Shown piece by piece: positions 1 to 13,550 of a DNA stretch of 64,000 nucleotides (position 1 is the first letter of the stretch; every line of letters begins with the position of its first letter). Under the pieces are notes generated by a model that made no database searches, had not been told where the DNA came from, and worked only from the letters and a program-made list of their open reading frames with translations. The stretch covers positions 60,450,001 through 60,514,000 of the forward strand of contig OX597821.1 in NCBI GenBank assembly GCA_951406725.2, read 5' to 3'. The translations under genes and the position numbers were made by a program. The DNA is from Octopus vulgaris (taxonomy: Eukaryota).

Positions 1-324
1 ACTTTTGCAGGGCGTGTAGTTATCAATTACTGTTTGCTAGTGTGTTTTCTTTCTGTATTGGTTAAGGTCATGGAGGTTTCATGTGTGCATGCAGTATGTG
101 TAGGAGTACAATGTGTATGTATGTGTGTGAGTTTATATTGGAGGTGGTAGGAAACGGTCTATTTGGTAGGTGTCCGCCGTCTTGGGGCGTGCGTATTTGT
201 GGGTGCGTTGGTGAATGTGTATGTGGGTGTGTTGGTGAATATTCTGGTGAAACTCTTTGCCGGACTCCAGAGAATTGGTGAAGAGCCGATGCTTGGGGAC
301 TGGTGGTTGTAGTCATGATGGGAC

Positions 325-705
325 ACGCACGGGGGAAGAGCATATCAACTAAGCTAAGAAAAACCTTACATACTCGAGTTTTAACATTTAAAGAGAAGGG
401 TGGTGTGAACCACAACACTTTCCGATGTCGCTTTCTCTTGGAATAGTTAGGTTTTGGCGTGTTACTAATTCTATCCTTGAAACCGCTGGCAGCCAGAGCC
501 TCATTGTAGTATGGGGTGGCAGCATCAAAAATCTCTGCTTGAAGGTAAGTTGGAGATTCTTCTGTTGACGCCCTTTACTTGGTTCTTGAAAACTATGGCT
601 GGATGATAGGAACCTGTGTTAATGTATGATAACTTCTCGTTTGGCTTCTTAAAGGGTATATGGGCAACAGACTCCAAGTCCAGGGTCACATCAAGGAAAT
701 CCACC
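325..705 (-). mobile_element. Degenerate Penelope-like retroelement fragment (RT thumb/linker)
   Basis: Minus-strand translation VDFLDVTLDL..PFKKPNEKLSYINTGSYHP...YYNEALAASGF...RKVLWFTPPFSLNVKTRVCKVFLSLVD matches the PLE 'FLDVT..L / HP / IWFNPP.S..V.T' pattern. It has a frameshift and is cut off at a (TA)n tract. Confidence 0.7.
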
Positions 706-706
706 G

Positions 707-770
<64 letters not shown>

Positions 771-1333
771 TTATTCTTTTACTCGTTCCAGCCATGCGGC
801 TGGAGTCATGCTGGAGCACCACCGTGGTCCTTCTGATTTCCTCAGTCTGGGGTGTTTCATATCACCACTCCTATACGTGACTTTGTCTAAGCTCTCTTAA
901 CCCGTTTGGTGTATAAGGGAGTTTGATTCCGCTGCCCTCGTCTGCGCCTCATGTCGGGCTGTTGGCTCATCTGGTATTGTGGAGAGGAGGATGTCTAGTT
1001 CCTTTTTGAAGACATATACTTCCACCTTATGCAGATTTCTTAATTTTTGTGCCAGGGCATTGAAGAGCTGTGGGCCTTTGAACCCTAGACTATTGCAGTA
1101 CCTAGCCCTGAATTTAGACGGAGTGGATGGTACCTTTGGTACAATACAATGGTGGCCAGTTCTGGCATTTGTATAACACACAATGCTGAAATTAGGTACT
1201 AGCCCTTCTAGAGTTTTCCATATGTAGATTATATATATTTTATAATATATTATCATTAATATCAGGAAATCAATATTAGCAAATTCTTCAGAAAGATATA
1301 TACGTGTGTTAAATAAATGTTGTGTTAAAAATA

Positions 1334-1746
1334 GGCGCAGGAGTGGCTGTGTGGTAAGTAGCTTGCTAACCAACCACATGGTTCCGGGTTCAGTCCCACT
1401 GCGTGGCATCTTGGGCAAGTGTCTTCTGCTATAGCCCCGGGCCAACCAATGCCTTGTGAGTGGATTTGGTAGACGGAAACTGAAAGAAGCCTGTCGTATA
1501 TATGTATATATATATATATGTGTGTGTTTGTGTGTTTGTGTTTGACCCCCTAGCATCGCTTGACAACCGATGCTGGTGTGTTTACGTCCCCGTAACTTAG
1601 CGGTTCGGCAAAAAAGAGACCGATAGAATAAGTACTGGGCTTACAAAGAATAAGTCCCGGGGTCGAGTTGCTCGATTAAAGGCGGTGCTCCAGCATGGCC
1701 GCAGTCAAATGACTGAAACAAGTAAAAGAGAAAAAGAGAGAAAGAG
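1334..1746 (+). mobile_element. SINE family A (~410 bp, internal microsatellite, (AAAGAG) tail)
   Basis: Head ggcgcaggagtggctgtgtggtaag with a B-box-like ggttcagtccc. Near-identical copies occur at 7645, 12724 and 49210. Confidence 0.85.
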
Positions 1747-2340
1747 TATATAAATATATGTAAATATGTATAATATATATGACAGTTTAAAAGTTTTGAA
1801 TGAAGTTTTTAAAGCATCTTACGATCGTTTCGTAGAAGTGCTGTCCCTATGATGGAATCCTATATTGATAAACATTTATAGACAATATTAATAATAATAT
1901 ATTATTAAATATATATATCATCGCTCGTATTAAATACATAAATACTTTAATAGTATTAATACTTTGATACAATAGAGCATTCAATATAAATTCAGTATAT
2001 AATATTCCCAGTATATAATATTCCCATATTTAACTAAAGACTTATATGTAGATTATTGCATATCTGTCACGCCTATGCTCTAGGGAGTAAAGTTGCAGTT
2101 TTCTCAGCCTATCGCTGTAGCTCATCCGCTGCTCTGTTTCAATCTTTTTAGTATAGTGACGTTAGACTGCTTCAAGCTCTGTTGTTAATTTCGCACTATG
2201 TGTTGACCATAACTGGGAGCAGCAGTCCAGGCGGCTGAGAACAAAGGTTCTCCACAGGGTCAGCATAGTTTCTTGGTCTCTTGCCTTGAAGGACCTCAAT
2301 ATCCACCCTGCCAGTTGTTTGCATTTTGCTGCCACCTTGT

Positions 2341-2748
2341 GGATCTTTTCTTTTTGAAGGCCAGATTTTCCTAGTTAACTAAAAAATTTGAAACTTCGGC
2401 CCTTCAAAACCATGGCAGAAGCCTTTTCGGTAAAAAAAAAATAAAGAAAATATTAAAAAAATATCGTTAATATTTTTATTGGGCGACGAAATTAATCGAT
2501 TTAAGAGATATAGCTGTTATTTCTAGCCCATGTAGAAGACAGAAGAAGAGGTAAATAATTTGAGCTCGAATGCTGCGATTTCATTGGTTAAAATTCTTAA
2601 AATTAAACTACGTTTAAGTTACGAATTACAATTTTGTTTTCAATTTTGTTTACAATATAATGTTTTCTTTTGACACATTCTACCAGTATACGAAGTTTCA
2701 AATTGTTTAGTTAACTAGGAAAATCTGGCCTTCAAAATGAAAAGATCC
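2341..2748. mobile_element. MITE with ~58-bp TIRs and an 8-bp TSD (Merlin- or hAT-type)
   Basis: TIR ggatcttttc..gaaggccagattttcctagttaactaaa..tttgaaacttcg is inverted at 2691-2748. Flanks are caccttgt (2333-2340) and caccttat (2749-2756). Confidence 0.85.
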
Positions 2749-3317
2749 CACCTTATTAATGTGCATATAAAATGACGCTTCATTGCACTTACTGATCACC
2801 AAGTCTTTCACTGCCTGTGAATCTGGGACTGTATTGCCTTCGGGTCCTGTGTATATGCAGGCTCCTAGTGCATTCGTGAGTTGATAGTGCAGTGCTTGAA
2901 AAATTTCCCAGCATTAAACTGCATGTTGTTTATTTCGGTCCACCTGTATGTCAAATTCAGGTCCTACTGAGACGTCATCTTGATTTTTTTTATTGCCTGT
3001 GATAATTTTGTATCATCGACGGAGCTAATGACTGACAGCCCGAGTGACCGACCGTGGGAATGCTGAAGGAAAATTCTGCGAGGAGCATTTTCTGCATAAT
3101 CAATATAAATAAGGCAGTGTTGTTTCACCGAGGTCGACTTTGCCTTTCACCAAAGTATAGAGATGTACAATATACATGTATGCGCGTATATGGTCGAATA
3201 CAGACATTCACACACATGCATAAATACAGACATACTCATTCGTCTACATATATACTTTACGTATATAATATAAATATATATATATACTGATAAGCATGTA
3301 TGTAGTATGTGCGTATG

Positions 3318-3381
<64 letters not shown>

Positions 3382-4128
3382 ACATGTGTCTGAGTGCGCA
3401 TACACGTACAATACACTCACACATACACATACACATCCACATACACACACACACACACGCGCACATATGCACACACACGCACACGTTTTCCGGTAAACCC
3501 CCATCACCTGTTCCCTTTTTCAGAAAGCAGTATAGTAAAGTAAAAAAAAAACAAAAAAAAACCAGAAAAAGTCAGTCAAACAATCGGGCTCCTGGTTAGT
3601 CATAACAACTTCTTCCCTTCACTTTGCTTCTTTCCCCCCCTCCTCCTTTTCATCTCCTCATCCTTCTTCACTCTCTCTCTTACAAGCCAGCAACGCTAGA
3701 ATTTATCGTTCTGTCTTCTCTTCTATTTATTTATTTATTTGTTTTGGATGTGTGAGGGATGGGTCACCGCCGCTTGTTAGTATTTTTACATTATAATATT
3801 TGTGAAGTGCACGTTTTCAGCTCTTCCCAATCGAGAGGATATATACATATATAAACATATATATATATAATAATAATTCACTGAGGTTAAATTTATAAAC
3901 AACTGCCCTGCTTTCTACTTACAAGGTAAAAACTTTCTTGACTTATTTTCTGCAAACTTTTTTTTTTGAAAATCTCTTCTTCGAACGTAATTCTAACGAA
4001 TGTTCAAACTATCTTTGCCTGTTGATGTTCTAAGCTTGATGTCTGTCTCTGTCTGTCGATCTGTCTCGATCGATCTGTCTGTCTAAATACACACACCACA
4101 AACTTTATGAGTAAACGAGCTTTCAACA

Positions 4129-4206
<78 letters not shown>

Positions 4207-4298
4207 AATCGAAAACAATCGCAACAAAAACTGAATTGAAAAATATAAAGTTCCAAGTAGCGTTTAGGGTGGTAGTGAAGTTCAAAAAAGTGGTTTCG

Positions 4299-4572
<274 letters not shown>

Positions 4573-4690
4573 TGTATGTATGTAGCTCTTACTTTAATAT
4601 AGTGTACAAAAAATAATATTTATCTCTAACTGGATGGAGTACTTTTTTTGTTTATCTTACCTTAACGGAACAGTAAACTATTCATATATG

Positions 4691-4754
<64 letters not shown>

Positions 4755-5446
4755 TGTGTGTGTATGCACACAGACAGACACACACACTCACTGCATTGTA
4801 TTCTATCTATGAATAACCGTTTCGAAACTACCAAACTTAACTTTGTTTACGTACAAACAAGGGAGCTGTTGTTGCGTTGTCGTTTAACCTGCTAGAAGTA
4901 GCAGCAACATCTCCTTCGTATGTAGTAACATATGTAACAAGAATCATAGCTATACAGCGCGGAACGGTCACGGTTCAAGCAATCCTCGATCAAGGTATTG
5001 ATCTCTGGCTAAACAACAGCATCTCTTCCCCCACTCTCTTTCGCTCTTTCGTTCTCTCTCTTTCTCTTTATTGACCTAACTTTGTTAACACTGTTTAATA
5101 ACTATTTTTTGTGACTATTGCTGGTAATATAATTGTTTGTTTGTTTGTTTACGCTTTAGTTGTTAACAATGTTAAGAAACTTAACTATTATTGTGACTAT
5201 TATTACTGTTTTATGTTCTTGTTCAGCCTCTAATACCGTTATTCGTTCCATGGAAATGTACTCGGGGGGTTATATTTACAGTTTAAAATTCTACATCATC
5301 ATGACTGGCGATGGTGGGGGTGGGGGGTGGAGAAGAAGAAAAACAACAACAATATTCGTAGATGTCAAAATTCCATGAAAGGAGTGAAGAAAAAAGAAAA
5401 AAAAAACACCCAGTGATTTTGCTGCACATTGTTTCTAGAATAGTAA

Positions 5447-5479
<33 letters not shown>

Positions 5480-5570
5480 CAGTAGTCGTGCTGGTATTTA
5501 TAGTAGTACTAGCAGCATTAAGTAGTTGTTGTTGCCGTCGTAGTATCAGTGGTAGTTGTATTGTAGTAGT

Positions 5571-5608
<38 letters not shown>

Positions 5609-6438
5609 ATAGTAGTAGTAGTAGTAGTAGTGTTTGATATTGTTCATTCAACTCCGGTTCAACTTTGATCAGACAGAGGCCCTCCCCCCTCTCGCTCTCT
5701 CTCCCCCACCATGACCATCGAGTACCTGGTGGAGCAACCGTGTGTCATCCACAAGATCTGTGGTTTTTCCAGATACACCGTGTTTCTACGTAGTTAAGAC
5801 CCACCATTGCATTACCAGTAATAGTTGTAGCAGCAGCAGCAGCAGCAGTAGTAATAGTAGTAATAGTAGTAGTAGTAGTAGTAGCTGATGTAAATAGTTT
5901 TATGAGATGAAGAGAAATGAAATGTCTGTGACATTTTAGCGTTGCTGCCGTCACCACTGCTGGCTATCATTGTTGTTGTTGTTGTTGTTGATCTTGATGT
6001 TGTTGTTATTGTTGTTGATGTTGCAGCTGCTGCTACTGTTATTGTTGTTGTTTCAACTTTGGTTGTTTTTGCTGCTGCTGCTGCTGTTGTTGTTGTTGTT
6101 TGAAGCGCGACCTCTATCTCGGTTGACTTCAATCGAGCAGATTTTTGATCAGAAATATTTCAATCGTGAACATCACGTCTATTCTATTTCGTATTTCTCT
6201 GGAATAGTGTACCTCTGCCAACATTATCTCCAATGTGTCTTCCTCCGACTTTGAAAAAAAAAAAAAAAAATTTTTATTTATCTGAGTGGGGTAGGATGTA
6301 ATTTAAGCGTGTTTTGGCTGTTCGAGTCACCTCTTACAAAGGTCGAAAGCGCACTCTGTTTTGCAAATGCTTAATCCCTTGCTTTTATTCGTGGTTATTG
6401 TTAAAGTTTTGTTCAAAACTGTGAAATGGCATCGGGAA

Positions 6439-6441
<3 letters not shown>

Positions 6442-6519
<78 letters not shown>

Positions 6520-6556
6520 AACAATAACAATAACAACAACAACAACAACGACAACA
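6442..6556. repeat. (AAC)n microsatellite
   Basis: Directly visible. Confidence 0.95.
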
Positions 6557-6559
6557 AAA

Positions 6560-7256
6560 GTGGAGGCGCAATGGCCCAGTGGTTAGGGACAGCGGACTCG
6601 CGGTCGTAAGAACGCGGTTTCGATTCCCAGACCGAGCATTGTGAGTGTTTATTGAGCAAAAGCACCTAAGCTCCACGTGGCTCCGGCGGGGTGGTGGTGG
6701 TGGTGGTGAACCCCACTGTACTCCTTCAGCACAACTTTCTCTCACTCTTTCTTCCTACTTCTGTCACAAAGCAGAGGAACCATGGTGTAATCCACTATGG
6801 TGTGGTAAACTTTCAGACCCTTGTCTAGATTGCGAATCCTCTGTACCCCAGGATGGTTCAGCTCTCTACCCGTTAAAAGCCACCGTTTACAGAATGAGGA
6901 TAACAACGTAGCTTTCGCGCCCGTGCAACCGCCAGTCTATCGCGTGTGGTGGGTGGATCTTCAAGTTGCCACACGCATTCTTAGTAGCTTAGAGTAGGCT
7001 CGAATTAGAGATTATTCTTTGTGGCTAATGGCGTGAGTCCTGATTGGAAGAAGAAGAAGAAGAAGAAGAAGAAGAAGAAGAAGAAGAAGAAGAAGAAGAA
7101 GAAGAAGAAGAAGAAGAAGAAGAAGAAGAAGAAGAAGAAGAAGAAGAAGAAGAAGAAGAAGAAGAAGAAGAAGAAGAAGAAGAAGAAGAAGAAGAAGAAG
7201 AAGAAGAAGAAGAAGAAGAAGAAGAAGAAGAAGAAGAAGAAGAAGAAGAAGAAAAA
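6560..7256 (+). mobile_element. tRNA-derived SINE (head B) with a distinct body and an expanded (GAA)n tail
   Basis: Head ggaggcgcaatggcccagtggttagg...ggtttcgattccc carries A/B boxes. A candidate TSD acaacaaaa lies at 6551-6559 and 7257-7265. Confidence 0.65.
7047..7253. repeat. Pure (GAA)~69 trinucleotide tract
   Basis: Directly visible and uninterrupted. Confidence 0.95.
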
Positions 7257-7287
7257 ACAACAAAAACAAACAAGCAAGCAAACAGGC

Positions 7288-7640
7288 GGAGGCATGGTAG
7301 CGTGATTGAGAAGCATGCTTTGCAACCACATGACTTAGGGGACAGCCCCATTTCGCAATACCTTGGGTAAGCATCTTCTGCTATAGCCCCGGGCCGACCA
7401 ATTGACCACTGTTTTGTGAGTGAATTTGGTAGACGGAAAACGCGCGCGCGCGCGCACACGCGCACACACATGTATGTATGCGTGTGTTTGTGTTTATGTT
7501 TGTTCCCGCCCTGTTCGCAGTCGTTATTGGTTTGTTTACGTCCCCGGAATCTAGCAGTTTGGCAAAAGAAACTGATAGAATAATTACCAGTCTTAAATAA
7601 GTATTGGGGTCGATTCGCACTTCGACTAAAAACAATTCAA
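7288..7640 (+). mobile_element. Diverged SINE family A copy
   Basis: Shares ctatagccccgggccgacc and gagtgaatttggtagacggaaa with the 1334 copy. Confidence 0.7.
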
Positions 7641-7644
7641 GGCA

Positions 7645-7802
7645 AGAGTGTGGCTGTGTGGTAAGTAGCTTGCTCACCAACCACATGGTTCCGGGTTCAG
7701 TTCCACTGCGTGACACCTTGAGCAAGTGTCTTCTACTATAGCCTCGGGCCGACCAAAGCCTTGTGAGTAGATTTGGTAGACGGAAACTGAAAGAAGCCCG
7801 TC

Positions 7803-7876
<74 letters not shown>

Positions 7877-8100
7877 ATACGTTTGTGTGTCTGTGTTTGT
7901 CCCCCCCACCCAACATCGCTTGACAACCGATGCTGGTGTGTTTACGTCTCCTTAACTTAGCGGTTCGGCAAAAGAGACCGATAGAACAAGTACTAGGCTT
8001 ACAAAGAATAAGTCCTGGGGTTGATTTGCTCTCGACTTAAAGCGGTGCTCCAGCATGGCCACAGTCACATGAGTGAAACAGGTGAAAGAGTAAAAGAGTA
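7645..8100 (+). mobile_element. SINE family A
   Basis: Near-identical to 1334-1746, with an internal (TA)n tract. Confidence 0.85.
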
Positions 8101-8340
8101 ATCGAGAGTCAACGATTCGTGTTCTGATTCTCATTTACGCAACGATCGTTTACCACAAACCCTAGGGGACGAGAAATTATGAGTTACTCATATATTGAGG
8201 TTCATAAAATCAACTACACCCCATTCAACATTTGTAGTGGTCTTGTTCTGACTTATTCCGTCCCCTCAAAATTTCTGGCCATGTGCCAAAATTAGGAAGA
8301 ACATTGAAAGCAGCAAGCTTGTAGAATGATTTTTTTACTG

Positions 8341-8757
8341 AGGCGAGTTGGCAGAAACGTTAGAACGCCGGGCGAAATGCTTAGCGGTATTTCGTCTGCC
8401 GCTACGTTCTGTGTTCAAATTCCGCCGAGGTCGACTTTGCCTTTCACCCTTTCGGGGTCGATTAAATAAGTACCAGTTACGCACTGGGGTCGATGCAATC
8501 GACTTAATCCGTTTGTCTGTCCTCGTTTGTCCTCTCTGTGTTTGGCCCCTTGCGGGTAGTAAAGTAATAGGTATTTCGTCTGCCGTTACGTTCTGAGTTC
8601 AAATTCCGCCGAGGTCGACTTTGCCTTTCATCCTTTCGGGGTCGATTAAATAAATACCAGTTACGCACTGGATTCGATGCAATCGACTTAATCCGTTTGT
8701 CTGTCCTTGTTTGTCCCCTCTATGTTTAGCCCCTTGTGGGCAATAAAGAAATAAGAA
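8341..8757 (+). mobile_element. tRNA-derived SINE family D (Meta/MESC-like central domain), two tandem units
   Basis: ggcgagttggcagaaacgttag head. The domain ccgaggtcgactttgcctttca(t/c)cctttcggggtcgattaaataa is repeated twice. Confidence 0.8.
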
Positions 8758-9309
8758 TAATATTTTACTGATATAGTTACTAGTACTAACTGTGAGCTGG
8801 TAGAATTGCTTGTATGCCAAAATGGCTGCCATTTAAGCGATTTCATTTTTCATACGTGATGTAGTGGTGTTGCAAAATTCGACTTGTCCAGATTAGTTTT
8901 CATTATGTCCTTTATATTGTATCAAAATTTCATGCATTTATTTGTAAAGTTAAGGAAATTATTAAAAACTGAAACCAATCAGTGACTCTTGGAACACCCT
9001 ATACATGCACATTTTACATGCATAATTTCCTGGCTTTGGGTAAAGAAAATACAGATGGATCAGTTAAGTGATTTTATTCAACATCTTTCCCCTCTCAGAT
9101 TCACACACTTACGGCAGCGCTCCTTCAACTTTTTTTAAACCCTGTAAAATAACTCGGGAGTCTGGGCCTCCAGTTAGGCCTTCCGCGATACCCTTAATGC
9201 CAAGAACTTTTCAGCACACACATACACGCACACACACACATTCAAGTAAGTATAAACATGTACATATGAACCTGTACCGACGTATTACATTATATATGAT
9301 AAAATAATA

Positions 9310-9493
9310 TATATTTCTTTACTGCCCAGAAGGGGCTAAACATAGAGGGGACAAACAAGGACAGACGAAGGGATTGAGTCGATTATATCGCCCCCAGTGC
9401 GAAACTGGTACTTTATTTATCGACCCTGAAAGGATGAAAGGCAAAGTTGACCTCGGCGGAATTTGAACCCAGAACGTAACGACAGACGAAATA
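9310..9493 (-). mobile_element. SINE family D partial copy
   Basis: Reverse complement of the 8341 unit (ggatgaaaggcaaagttgacctcggcggaatttgaac). Confidence 0.75.
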
Positions 9494-9813
9494 AAAATTA
9501 TAGTTTTACGCGTACATCGACAGTTATTTTCTACTAGGTTCTGGTCTCTAGATCGCTGAAATGCTTTTCATTATGTTGTTTCTATAAGTATTTCCATAGT
9601 TTTTGCTCTGATGAACTTCCTCATCTAATATCCCATGTCAAGACCTTTGAACGCGTCACCCCGCTTCTCTTCCCTGTCGCATCATTTCTCTGTTGAGCTT
9701 CCTGTTACGACTGAGCCCCTTTTTTCTAATATCTTCTTTCCTCGAGCTGCTGTTCTCAGTTACTCACTACTATATCTTCTGAAAAACAGATAAGTAGTGG
9801 TATAAGGAAAGTG

Positions 9814-10131
9814 GTGGAGGCGCAATGGCCCAGTGGTTAGGGCAGCGGACTCGCGGTCGGAGGATCGCGGTTTCGATTCCCAGACCGGGCGTTGTGTGTG
9901 TTTATTGAGAGAAAACACATAAAGCTCCACGAGGCTGTAGCAGGGGGTGGTGGCGACCCCTGTTATACTCTGTCGCCCCAACTTTCTCTCACTCTTTCTT
10001 CCTGTTTCTTGAGTAACACTGCGATGGACTGGCGTCCTGTCCAGCTGGGGGAAACACATACGCCATAGAAACCGGGTTACCTGGCCCATGAGCCTGGCTA
10101 GGCTTGAAAAGGGCGCATAAATAGAAAAAAC
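9814..10131 (+). mobile_element. tRNA-derived SINE (head B) with a 12-bp TSD
   Basis: A/B boxes present. TSD ataaggaaagtg at 9802-9813 and 10132-10143. Confidence 0.85.
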
Positions 10132-10149
10132 ATAAGGAAAGTGACCCTA

Positions 10150-11145
10150 GTACGTACTACAGTATTAACAACAAAGCAGAGCAATTAGTCCCGCTCATTA
10201 AAATAGATGTGAAAATTACCATTAGCATAATTTAGTTAATCTTAAATGCTGTCTAAAAGGGAATTAGAGTTAGCAATTAATGATAAAATTATGCTATCTA
10301 CCCACCTTCCTTTTTGAAAGAACAGTTCGCCACTGGAAGAATGGTTTGACATTTTACACGACGAACGTGACAGTAAATTCACACAATTTGGTGTAATTGA
10401 GTTTTATCCTTCTTTCAATGTAACACTTTTAATAAAAAACTATGAAATTTGGATGTAGATACGCTACCGTTACAGATCTAGGCATAGATGACAATATGCA
10501 TGGCAGAAAATTCCATCTCGCTTTCGAAGATTCTTTTTGGATAAAGGATTTTCGGCGTCCCTTTGGACTGCTTTGTTGGGGTTGAAAATTGCAAACTTGT
10601 AGGGTTATTATTTTGACAATCTGCCATCTGAATTTAATTTCATAGAATTAAGAGTATTAAGGGTTACAATGGTGTAACATTAACCTGCAATATGAATGGT
10701 TATCAATTAAACACTTAAGACGAAGTTAAATTATACTTTTAGAAGTTTTGACCTTAAAAGGTGCAGCAGTTATCAATAATAGTTGTTAACCTCTTTAGAT
10801 ATTACTCTTAATCACGCTTTAGACATTTATATTCATTACTGGAAACCAAATGAGGTTATACGCGTTACATTCACAATTACCCTACTATTTAAAAAAAAGT
10901 TGTACAGAAACATGAGTCCAAGAATTTCCAGAACATTTTTTAATGAAGAGGCGTTTAACTGTACTGTAGTATTATTTTATAACGAGGCTCTACGCTGTAG
11001 CATCTTTGCCGACAAGATCAACCATTTCCCTCCACAGAAATCCGTTAATGCTGGAAATACCAAGAAAAGAAAAATTATATGGTACAACACTACTTCCAGC
11101 TTGACCGACAGATCTAATATTACCGGATATTTTCTAGTGTTAGTC
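10150..11145 (+). mobile_element. Highly degenerate Penelope-like RT fragment
   Basis: Residual motifs FTQFGVIEFYPS, CKLVGL, SLDITLN, KPNE, FYNEAL and KRKIIWYN..S...SNITGYFL. Same group as 325-705. Confidence 0.6.
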
Positions 11146-11183
11146 ATAATGCATACACATACACATTCATGCATACATACATA

Positions 11184-11245
<62 letters not shown>

Positions 11246-11902
11246 CATATATATATATTAGAGTTCTTTGTTTTCTCCTCTTTATACTTTAAGCATTAGA
11301 CATGAACTATTCTTTCATATTCACTTTGATCACTGTTACTGATTTATATTAGTACAGGTGCATATGTTTCTATGTATGTCCGCTGTGTGCACAGATGTTC
11401 CATAAGTTACTAATTCTCCGCTTGAAGCATTGTATTAACAACCCACCCTGATATAATTACAGCAACACGTAGCTATATCGATAAGTATGAGAAAAAAGAT
11501 TGTTTAGCTGGTTTTTGTCTGTTCAATACACTAACATGTTGAGAACAGATGTCAAGAATGATTTAAAAGGTTGAAAGTTGTTTGTTGGGAGTATGATTTT
11601 CAGAGTTTAGTCAATAAAAAGATAGAAGTAATTTAGTTGGAATCATTTGTATAAACGTTGCCGAGGTTGACTCTGTCTTTCATTCTTCCGAGATCCAGTT
11701 GAGCGCGTCCCCTCAAGATTGCTGCCTTTTTGCCATATTTAGAAAGAATTTAGAATCATTAAATCTATACTACCACACCCATCTCAAGAATCTGAGAAAA
11801 GCTATTTGGCACGACTCAAAATAGTAAGAATTTATTTCAATCCTATTTTCATTGCCTTTATGTTTTTATAAGGTTCATTACTTTATTTTTAATATACATA
11901 TA

Positions 11903-12058
<156 letters not shown>

Positions 12059-12291
12059 AAAAACTTATAAGCTTACAAAGTTTATAAGTTAAGTTAGAAT
12101 GTTTTGAAATTATCTCAAATATCTGAAGGGTTAAATTTCTTGACAAATATTGTTGGGAGTGTTTTGGGAATTCTTTGCTCATTTGGAAAGAATTATTTAA
12201 CCTATACTACAACAACCGTCCTAGGAATCTGAGAAAAGCTATTTGGCGTGACTGAAAATGGTGAGAATTATTTCAATCCTGTTTTCCTTCT

Positions 12292-12361
<70 letters not shown>

Positions 12362-12723
12362 GTGAGAGAGAGAAGCATTGGTCTTTTGTAGAAATATGAT
12401 ATATTTTCATATTTGCTTGCGATACTTTCATTTGATTTTCTTTACCCCACCCTTTTATTTACTTTTCTTGGAATACAAAAATACAAAAAGAAAAAAAAAA
12501 TCTTTCTGTACATGGCTTTTCTTCTATGAAGAAATTTCGATTAGACTGAATGTTAATTTTTTCTTCTATTCAAGAAAATCATAATCTTTTATTGTTCTGA
12601 TGTTCGCATCACAAGAGATATGTTGGGTAATTTGGTTTTAATCAACAATGATCTGATTAATTATTCATTAGTATGTGGTGTAATGTCTGCGCAGCAGACC
12701 CTACGTTTTCAATACATATATAC

Positions 12724-13104
12724 TCTTTTACTCTCTTTTACTTGTTTCGGTCATTTGACTGTGGCCATGCTGGAGTACCGCCTTTAGTCGAGCAAATCGA
12801 CCCCAGGACTTATTCTTTGTAAGCCTAATGCTTATTTTATCGGTCTCTTTTGCAGAACCGCTAAGTTACGGGGACGTAAACACACCAGCATCGGTTGTCA
12901 ACCGATGTTGGGGGGACAAACACAGACACACACACACATACGACGGGCTTCTTTCAGTTTCCGTCTACCAAATCCACTCACAAGGCTTTGGTCGGCCCGA
13001 GGCTATAGTAGGAGACACTTGCCCAAGGTGCAACGCAGTGGGACTGATCCCGGAACCATGAGGTTGGTAAGCAAGCTACTTACCACACAGCCACTCCTAC
13101 GCCT
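12724..13104 (-). mobile_element. SINE family A
   Basis: Reverse complement of 1334-1746. Confidence 0.85.
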
Positions 13105-13354
13105 ATAATATGGATAAAAATATAATCACTTGAAAGATAAAATAATCAGGAAGAAAGTCGCTAGTTTGTAAGAAGAAATTGAAAATGTAATGGATTTTAG
13201 TGAAAATAAAAAGAGGAAGATATTGACAATTCGAAAATCCAAACATGAACGAAAATAGTAGTTTCGTGCTAATGAAGACAGGCTTGGACAGAAAACTCGA
13301 AGGGAAAACGAAAAGAGAAAAATTGGAGCACTCTAATTAGAAGACAATTAAGCA

Positions 13355-13550
13355 TCGAGCTGGCAGAATCGTTTGCACGTCGTAAAAAAAATGCTTAGCG
13401 CAGTTTTTTCAGACTCTTTACGTTATGAGTTTAAATACTACGGAAGTCAACTTTGTCTTTCATCCCCTCTGAGTTGATAAAATAAAGGATCAGTGAAGTA
13501 CTGGAGTCGATGTAACTGACTTCTCCCTTTCCTTCAAAAATGCTAGCTTT
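13355..13550 (+). mobile_element. Diverged SINE family D
   Basis: cgagctggcagaatcgtt head and a gtcaactttgtctttcatcc domain. Confidence 0.6.

Larger units (their letters stand above)
830..3050 (-). mobile_element. 5'-truncated CR1/L2-group LINE relic, interrupted by a MITE and an 811-bp insertion
   Basis: Pieces join in order: degenerate RT core (SVDDTKL, NNMQFN) at ~2760-3050; GWILRSFKARD..LWRTFVLSRLDCCSQLW..LYSLEHRRDRYAIIYI at 2045-2340; IYIWKTLEGLVPN..GPQLFNAL..FKKELD..IPDEP at 897-1232. Confidence 0.85.

Noticed and set aside
7381-7926. Recurrent ORF 'RRASFSFRLPNPLTRLWSARGYSRRHLPK' (also at 897, 12905 and 49381)
   Set aside because: It is the antisense reading of SINE family A, not a protein family.
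9816-9890. tRNA-like sequences (also at 6562, 15060, 26004, 27501 and 56927)
   Set aside because: They are SINE heads: each continues into a SINE body and several have TSDs. Not called as tRNA genes.
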